DNA of 64,000 nucleotides, from the NCBI GenBank assembly GCA_000092065.1, contig CP000590.1; one strand, 5' to 3'. Positions 29,901 through 38,900 of this stretch are shown here, piece by piece (position 1 is the first letter of the stretch; each line of letters starts with the position of its first letter). The stretch is from Ostreococcus lucimarinus (lineage: Eukaryota). A program made the position numbers and the translations under genes. A model generated the notes under the pieces. That model saw nothing but the letters and a program-made list of their open reading frames with translations, was not told where the DNA came from and ran no database searches.

Positions 29901-32900
29901 TATTCTTTCTCATTCATCATTCCACAATCTGGTCGATGGACGATTCAAGCCGTCGTGAACGGTCGCATTGCAAAAGAGAGCACCACTGAAGTTGTCGTCA
30001 CATACGGCCCATTACACGCCGCCGCGTGCGTGTTGAAAGGAGGTCCTGGAATGAAACGTACGGAAGTTTGCGGTGCGCAGCGCGATATTTACTTGCAAGC
30101 TCTCGAATATGACGCAAACGGGCGCGGGATGAGCGGGCAAGAAGCTATCACAATGCACTTGATTACGCCAAGTGGTGCGACGCACACACTCGCCCCCGTT
30201 TTTGCCGAACGAGGCTCTCGCTACAAGGCCACGGTACGATGGTGGGAGGTTGGAAGACACGAGGTTGTCGCCGCAGTCGGGGGACAACCAGTTGTAGGTT
30301 CTCCATTCGTAGTGAACGTTGAAGCGCAGGAAGTGAGTCTGCCGATGTGTCGACTCTCGGGACCTGGCCTTCAGGGTGCTGTCGCGGGAGAGCGAGCCAC
30401 GATCCTCATCGAGTCAAGAGACGAACGCGGTAACCGACTCTTCAATGGCGGTGCACAAATGGGCATTGCCGTGCGATCGGGCGGTGAAACTCTTCGTGGC
30501 AAGGTGCAAGATTGCGGGGACGGTACGTATGAGGCGAGTTACATTGTCGAGCGTGCCGGACCGTTCGAGTTGTCACTGTTCCTCGGCACGGAGGCGGCTA
30601 CGTACAGGGCGACATGTAAGCCAGGACGCGTAGATTACGCCAAGTGCCGCGTTGATGGGGTGAATAATGGCGTATGGGTTGCTGGCGAGCAACTCACTCT
30701 CACAGTCACGCGCATGGATCGTTTTGGTAACAGAATCACCCGTCGCGAAGGGCTGGCGCCTTTCTTCGGCAAGGCGATTGGACCTGGAGATATCGTAAGC
30801 CAGTCGTTAGAACTCGGTAACGGAACGGCGGAAATCAAGTTGTACGGCACAGTTGCTGGAAACTATCAAATCGGTGTCTACGTTGCCGACACTCCCATTG
30901 TGCCTTACGCGAATGAGGAAGCCGAAGCTCTTATGGAGAACCAACAGCTCCTCCTCGAAGACTCAAAATCCGCTAAGTCCAAAGCAGATAGCAAAAGGAT
31001 TGAAGCGCAAGAGTCTGGTCTTCGAACAGATTCTCTCGCGGGTACCGTGCGTTCGGCGTCAAAGAGTGATATCAACGCTGGCAAGCCATTGGCCGCGGTT
31101 CCAGGAACCTTCATCGCCTCTGAAGACATTGAAGCGATGAAGGAAGTAACGCTGCCAAAGGTGACGACAATGAATGGCGTCGAAATGGTTCCGTTACCGA
31201 ATGGTTTGTTCGAGATGAACTTGATACCGACGATTGCGATGCCGAATTGCTGTGAGTTAGAAGTCATTGGTGGCACGCGCGCCGATGATTCATGGATCAC
31301 CCCAGCGGGTGACGAAGTGATTGTCAGAGTCATAGCCCGAGACAGATACAAGAATGAAACGCACTGGGAGGAGGGTCAAACGATCACCGTCGAGGCACTC
31401 GGTCCAGAGTTTCTGAGTTTCTCCTCGCACGGAACGACGAGCTTACAGAACGAGTTCGTCGCGAAGATGATTCGCGCGGGCACGTTTGAGCTTCGAGTGC
31501 TTTGTGACGCCCTTCCAGTCTGCTGGAGGGCAATGCAAGTCATCGCTGGCTTCACTTTCGCGCCGCGATCGATTTTGAGTATGGATGGGTTGAAGGACGT
31601 CAAAACTGGTAACATCGTTCGATTGACACTTCGAACAGTCGATAGGTATGCCAACCTCCGTCTTAGTGGTGGAGATACGGTGCAGCTAGCGCTCCAAGGT
31701 CCGAACGGCGCATTCGCTCGCCAAGTGAGCGTGACGGATCATCAAGATGGTACTTACGCGCTTGAATTCCAAGTCACTGCCGCAGGCAGGTGGATTATGA
31801 GTACGCGCATCAATAGTGTTCTTCACGTCGAGGGCGGAATTTCTTTTGTCGTTGCGTTCGGTACACTGACGGCAGAGGAGGCGGTGGTTTCTTTCGATCC
31901 TCCTTTGCCTAAAAACGGATCTGTTGAATGCGGTCGCACAAGCGATCTGATGCTGCATGGCGCCGGTTGGGAGACGAACAATCGCGTCATGACCGGTTTG
32001 GAGGCTGTGAGCGTTCGCTTGACGCATCCCTCTGGTTCTCAAGAAGCTATTCCGGTCACGTTGTCAAGGGATAACAAGTGTTATACCGCCAAGATCCGCT
32101 GGCTCCATCCTGGTCACCACTCTGTGAACATCATGTTGGACGGTGTTGTGGTTCCAGGCACGCCAGTTCGCGCCAACGCAGAGGGTAAAAAACTCGCTCT
32201 TATTTCATCAGCTCTTGTCGGCGATGGTGCCACAACTGCCACCGCCGGAGAAGATGCCGAGTTTACGCTTCTCGCTCGCGATTACGGAGGAAACCAAATT
32301 AACAAGGGCGGCGCTGACTTGGCGATTTCTTGTCGAGCCAGTGGCAGAGAACCAATTGCTGGTGAAATCCATGATAACGGCGACGGCTCGTACCGCTGCA
32401 TCTACTCGAGTACGATTGCGGGCGATATCGAAGTTGTCTTAACGTTAAATGAAGGCACGACGCAGACGAAGCGTTTGATCAACGTCAAATGCGAAGCGGC
32501 TGAGTGCGAAATCAGCGAATGTCGTGTTGACGCTGGTAAAATGATGTTACTTTGGAATGCGGGAGACGCTGGTCTAATTCGCGTCCAACGCCGGGACAAG
32601 TATGGTAACCCGACGACTAAAGATACCGCAAATGGTCTTAACCGTTTCGCCGCCGAAGTTGTCGGGCCAGGATGGGCTGACTGTGAAGCCTTGGAGCTTG
32701 GCGATGGTTCGTGCGAACTTCGACTTGTCGCTCAGGCTGCTGGGTCCTACGACATCTCTATCGTCGCCTTGGCAATCGATGAAGAAACAATGACCCCACT
32801 CGATGTTCCATCCGTCGAACTCACGTCTTTCAGCGCTATGGTGAGCAGTCAAGAGACTTTCCCGTCTTCTTGCGTCGCCCGAATGGCACTTGTCAACGGC

Positions 32901-35900
32901 GGTAAAGAGGAAACGCTCGCCGAAGTGGACGCCGATATTACGCTGCCGTCCACCATCATGGCAGGGGATGATATTGCGATGCACGTCTTATCACGCGACT
33001 TGCACGGGAATCACACTAACTGGCTTGGCGGCGAACGTATCGCCGTTCACGCACGCGGACCCATCGAAGTTCCGTTCGTTCCGATGGATGCGGTCGGCTC
33101 TTTCACGGCGGTCATCACAACGGCCGGAGCCTACTCGGTCGCCGCCCTCGTCGGCGACTGTGCGTGCAACGGATGGCCAAGAATCTTGCAAGTCGTCGCT
33201 GGTCCGTGTAACCCGGACAAGTGCACGGTAAGTGGGGATGCGCTCGGTAATTGTGCGACAGCGACTCCTATTTCGCTGTTGATGCAAGCTACGGACCAGT
33301 ACGGTAATCCGCGATCGCTTGGCGGTGATTTCATTGAAGCAGTGCTGATCAACGAAGACGAAGGTACCATTGATACACAGATAATCGACAATACCGACGG
33401 TACTTACACAATTAATTTCGAGCTGGACATGCCGATTGAGCACGAGCTGTGGATTTCTGCCAATGGCCTGCGCGAGAAACAAAGTCGCTACAGCTTGATG
33501 CCCAGCCTTGGCGCGCTGCAAGCGTCGGATTGCGTCATCAACGGTCTCGGCGGCGAGCGGTTGTGTCTCGCCGATCGCTCGACACTTTTCGTGCAACCAG
33601 CGAATCCGAGTCGCGTAATGAGTGGCAGGGAAGCCGTGGTGGTGTCTGTTCGCATGCCGAGCGAAATGTCCTTCAACTTGCCCCTGAAGTTTGAAACCGA
33701 TTCGCGAAGATTTTCGTGCCCTCTTCTTTGGGTTGAAGTCGGCGATCATCACATCACTGTCAATCTTGCTGGTGAAGTCGTTCCGGGTTGTCCATTCATG
33801 GTTCGTGTTCGAGATCCAGATGAAGAATTTGAGGAAATCGAAGGCGAGGAGTCGCAGACGGCGATGACCATGGTTCCCGCGGATAACTCTTTCGGATTTG
33901 TCTACACCAACGACAAGACGGCCGTCGCCGCTGCGCAAGCCGCGAGTGGCATCGGCACGACAGACGTGGACCCGGACGCAGAAGACGAAGACGATGAAGA
34001 TGCCTTCACATTTGGAACCGCACTCAACCCGCCACCTCCGCAACAAGTGGATTCGACCATCGCCATTATCCGCAAGCTCGAGCTCGAGGATGCAGGTGAT
34101 GCGCTCTCTGATATGCGCCCGGAGGTTGCCGCGGCGGTTTTGCAGCGCTTGAATCCACAAAAGGCTGCGTGTGCTGCGGCGATGATGTCTCAGACTGAAC
34201 TTAGTGCAGCGGTGGTAATGATGACGGAGGAAAGCGTATTGAGCGTGCTCAACGACGCGCCACCGGCCGCACGTGCGTCTATCATCGAATCTTTACCACC
34301 CGCTGCTGCGGCACAAGTGATGAATGGTATGGATGCCCGCGCCGCTTCCTTATGCGTCAATAAGCTCATTGATCCCGACGTTGCCGCGGCAATCATCGCT
34401 AAGATGAAACCCACAAAGGCAGCCGAGATGATGCAGTTTATCCCAGCTGATGCACAGAAGGCAATTTTGATCGAACTCGACCCGGTATCCATGTGCGCAT
34501 TGGTCACTGGTGCGTATGAGCCGACGGCGGCGGATGCCATCAGGCGAGGCCTGCAAGTGTCCCCGGACACGGTCAGTATCATCTTTACCACCGCTCCGGC
34601 GGAAGAGTGCGCTAAGATGGTCCGAAACATGCAACTTGACGCTCAAGGTTGTGAAATTGCAGCCGGTGCTATGCAGCGCGCCGCGCGAACGCATCCTCGT
34701 GCCGTTGAAAATATTCTCGCCATGACGAAGATGACCGCCGTCGACGGCGGCGCCGCCATCAAGGCAGCCGTGTTGAGACAACCGGGTGGTGATGTGATCG
34801 TCAAGAACGCCGAAACGAGTATAGCAAAGGGCGAGATTGAAATCCCCGCGCCCGTCGTGAAGACAAGGCAAGCCAAATTTAAGTGGGGTGGCACCGGTCT
34901 TAAGCCGAGTAAGACTGCATCCGAGCGCGCGGCGCGTTCGCTCGCCGGTATGGCTCCAAAGGTGTCTGCTCAAGCGCTCGCCGACATGCGTCCCGGTGCA
35001 GCGGGCGCGGTGCTCGCATCGATGGACTCTGAACGTATCTCCAGTATCATCTCCGTTATGGATCAGAATGTCATGGCGAGCGCGGTCGGAAGTATGGAGG
35101 CTGAAGAGGCATTACGCGTCATCAGCAGCTCATCGAATGCGGCGCGCGTGACGATTGTTGAAGCGCTCCCGGCTGGCGCGGCAGGATCCATCTTGAGTAT
35201 GTTACCGGCAGACGAAGCCGCGGACTTGCTTCGAGCCATGGACGCCAGCGCCGCCATTGAAGCAGTAAGCTCGATGCCCGCCAAGGCGGCTGCACTTGCC
35301 TTGCAAGAGCTCCCTGATGATCAAATGTCGACGTATTTGCTCACGCTTCCACCGAGCACGGCGGCACCTATCCTCTCGCACATGTGCGAGAGAGAAGAAG
35401 GCCGAGTGAGTGCATCCAAGGCGTTACAGCTGTTGAGCACGCTCAACGCAGATAAGACTACATTACACATCAGTGGAATGTTGCAACGAGATCCGAAGAG
35501 CACAGCGAAAATCATGACCGAACTCACCCAAGACGCTCGCGCAGCTGTGTTGGGTGCCTTGAACGCAAAGGATGCTGGCAAGGCGCTTCAATTCTTGGGG
35601 CCTCAAAATGCCGCATCTTCGCTCGTGGCTGCGGTAGCTGCGGGTACGAGTCCAGCGATTGCCGCAGTTGCACTCGAATCGTTGGCACGCCTCGGTGTTT
35701 GGCCACCAAGCATTGACGTACCGCGTTCTGGCGCCAAAGTGCGAGGTCCGCTTGCTGACGTCCTGTTGGTCATGTTCGAGCTTGAGCCTGAAGCAGCAGC
35801 GCAAGTACTCACCGCGCTCGATCCCGATGTCAGCGCATCGGCCGTCGGAGCAATGACCCCTGCAACTGCTGGTGCACTCGCGAGTGCCATCCCAGATCCA

Positions 35901-38900
35901 AAGGCTGCTGCGCTCTTGTTGGAGTCAATGCCGCACGCCAAACGGGCGGCGATGATCATCAAGATGCGTCCGCAGCCCGCCGCGGATGCGGCATCGAACA
36001 TGGAAACAGAGAACATCCTCGCTGTGATGAAAACGCTGTATGAAACGTTGGATCCGGCGACAATGTCGATTGCGAACGACATCATCTCGAAGATGGAGCC
36101 TTTCAAAGCTGGTTCCGTCGTTGCGGGTCTGGATGAAGCACACGCTGTCCGCATAATGTCAGCGTTGCCTCCTTTGGTTGCTGCCGCCTTGATTTCCAGT
36201 GGTGGTCTTCCGAGTGACAAGGCTGGTACATTCCTCGATCGCGTGAAGGTAGATCAAGCGGAGAATGTCCTTGCGGCACTCCCTCCGACTCTCGCGGAGG
36301 AAGCCGTGCAGAAGGTGTCAAGCACCGAGCTCAAGTCGAAGACGGCGTCTCGCACGGTGGTGCACCTGACCTCATCCCACATCTCAGGTCCTGGATGCGA
36401 AGAATGCGTCGCCGGTCTGGAAACCAAGTTCATCTTCGAAAGCACCAATCCAGGTGGTGTCCGAATCCACAAGGGTGGCGCGACATTGCAGTGCACAATC
36501 CATCATTTGACCTTCAAGTCGCAAGATGGGACGAACAGCGTGGATTTCATTCGAGGCGAAGGCAAACACGTGCAGGTGCAAGACATGATGAACGGTGCGT
36601 ACGAGTTCCCTTACAAACTCGATAAAGCCGGTGAATATGATGCCATGATTACGTCTGCTGGGCAGACTCGCGTCGTGCGAATCAGGTGCAAACCAACGAT
36701 ACTTGATCCGACGCAGTGCTCGGTGGTGCCGGTTGAGGAAGGAACCACATGGCGGGCGGGTGAAGTCCTCGTAGTCAAGGTGCTTTGTCGAGATCGATTC
36801 GGAAACGATGTTGCGCCACCGAAACAGGGTGATGCTGGTGTTGATTTCGTCTTGCTGGCGGATGGAGAAGGGCCGAGCGTCGTCGAGGCAGAGGTCGTCA
36901 ACGACCCAGCGGGTGTCGGCGCCTTCGCGAAATTCCGCGCGACGGAGTGCGGCAAGTACTCGCTTCGCATTTTTACGGCAGACGTCGCTCGTCAATGGTG
37001 GGGTGGTGTACAACGCGACTGCATTCAAGGTGCACCGATCGACATCGTTTTGACGGCCACCGCCGCAGATGCCTCGCGCTCAAGCGTGCAGCTCAGCGGC
37101 ATTCGTGAACGAGGTGGTGGCATGCTTCTCGGTTTGGCTGGTCGACAAATGGCCATCATCATTTTCGCCAGAGACAAGTTCAACAACGAAGCAGTCTTTG
37201 ATAATCAAAGACTGCGTGTTGACGCTGTCGGTGTCGCTACTTCTGTATTTAGCCTTACCTCGAAAGAGCCCGGAGAAGCAATGTTTACGAGTGCACTCCA
37301 GCGAGCAGGTACTTACTCGCTTCGCGTGACTGTGGACGGTAAGCCCGTGCACGGTTTCCCCCGTAACTTGCAGGTTGTTGCCGCTCAAACGGATCCGCGT
37401 TTCTGCTCTATTCGTGGAGATGCGCTCAACACTGTCGTTGCAGGCGAAGTCACGAAGGTTCTCGTGAATGCTGCGGATCGGTACCAAAACGTCTGCCTCG
37501 AAGGCGGTGATAGACTCACGGCGCGCCTTCTCGGTCCGGCGGGTTCTATCGATGCTGATACTTCTGATTTCGGCGATGGTACGTACCGATTGTCGTTCGT
37601 CGTCCCACGGGCTGGTGAGTGGAGAATCTTCTTAGCGGTTAATGGCGTGGAGAATCCGAAACCCGCGACTTCATTCGTCGCTTCCCAAGGCGGCTTGACG
37701 TCAAAGCAGCTCATGCTCATTCCAGCCGACAAGCGTGACGAGTACATGGTGGGTTCTGAATCTGAATTCTTCATTCAGTCCATCGATTACGAGGTCGGAG
37801 GTCTCGAAGTGAACGGCCATGAGGCTATCTGTCTGCGATTAATCGCACCCTCTGGCTTGTCCACGATTGTTCCCTTGAGGTTGACCAAAGACAAGGCGCG
37901 TTACCGCGCCAATATAATGTGGCCTGAAGTGGGCTCGCATTCGCTCATCGCGGCTTTGAACGGCGAAACTGTCGTTGGATGTCCATTCTCTGTGCAAACC
38001 GCCGCAGCACAGGTGTACGTCCCGGGATGTAAGATGACTGGCGCGGGCTCGACGAAGGCTGTCGCGGGCGAACGAGCGTCGTTCATCGTTGAGGCACGAG
38101 ACAACAGAGGCAACCGCATGATGGGAGGAGGCGCTACTCTGAGCGCCGTCGTACGATCTGCGTTGACCCCGGGGAAATCAGTCAAGGCCACCATACTTGA
38201 TCAAGGAGATGGTACGTACGTGTGCAGCTACACGATTAACAAAGCTGGTCCGTTCACCATCGTTGTGTCCTCACCCAACTCGCAAGCAACGCTCAGCGCC
38301 ACGTGCGTTGCCGGACCAGCGGACCCAGCATACTGCCGAATCGACGCGAGCGACGTCAAACAGATTGAAGCTGGTACGCGCGGCATCGTCAAGGTGTTAC
38401 GCGCCGATCGCTTCGATAACTTAATTCCCGCTGGTGCGGAGTTGATGCCATTCCGCGTTGAAGTCACTGGCGTCGGCCCGGCGGATGTCGAAACCGTCGA
38501 AGCAGGAGACGGTTCGGCAGAAGTTCGATTCGAGGCTCGTGCAGTCGGTCGATACACTCTTTACGTGTGGAGCGGCTTCAAACGCGAACCGGTGTTGGGT
38601 TCTCCGTGCGAGATTCAAGTCCTACCCAGTCAGCCCGCGGCTTCATCCTGCAAGGCGCAGTTACAAGGCGCCGAGTTCAAAGCTCAAGGCGTCTACAGCG
38701 CGCAAGCGGGTACCACTGTCACGGTGCGCATGCAACCGCGCGACAGATTCGGGAACACCACGGCTTGGAAGTCCTGGCAAACACTCAGCGTTACCGCGAG
38801 TGGTACCGAAGACATAACGTTTACAGAAATTGATGATCAAGAAGCAGTCTCGTCCCGCGGTGTGTTTTCTGCGACGTTTTCGAAAGCCGGCGCGTACGTC

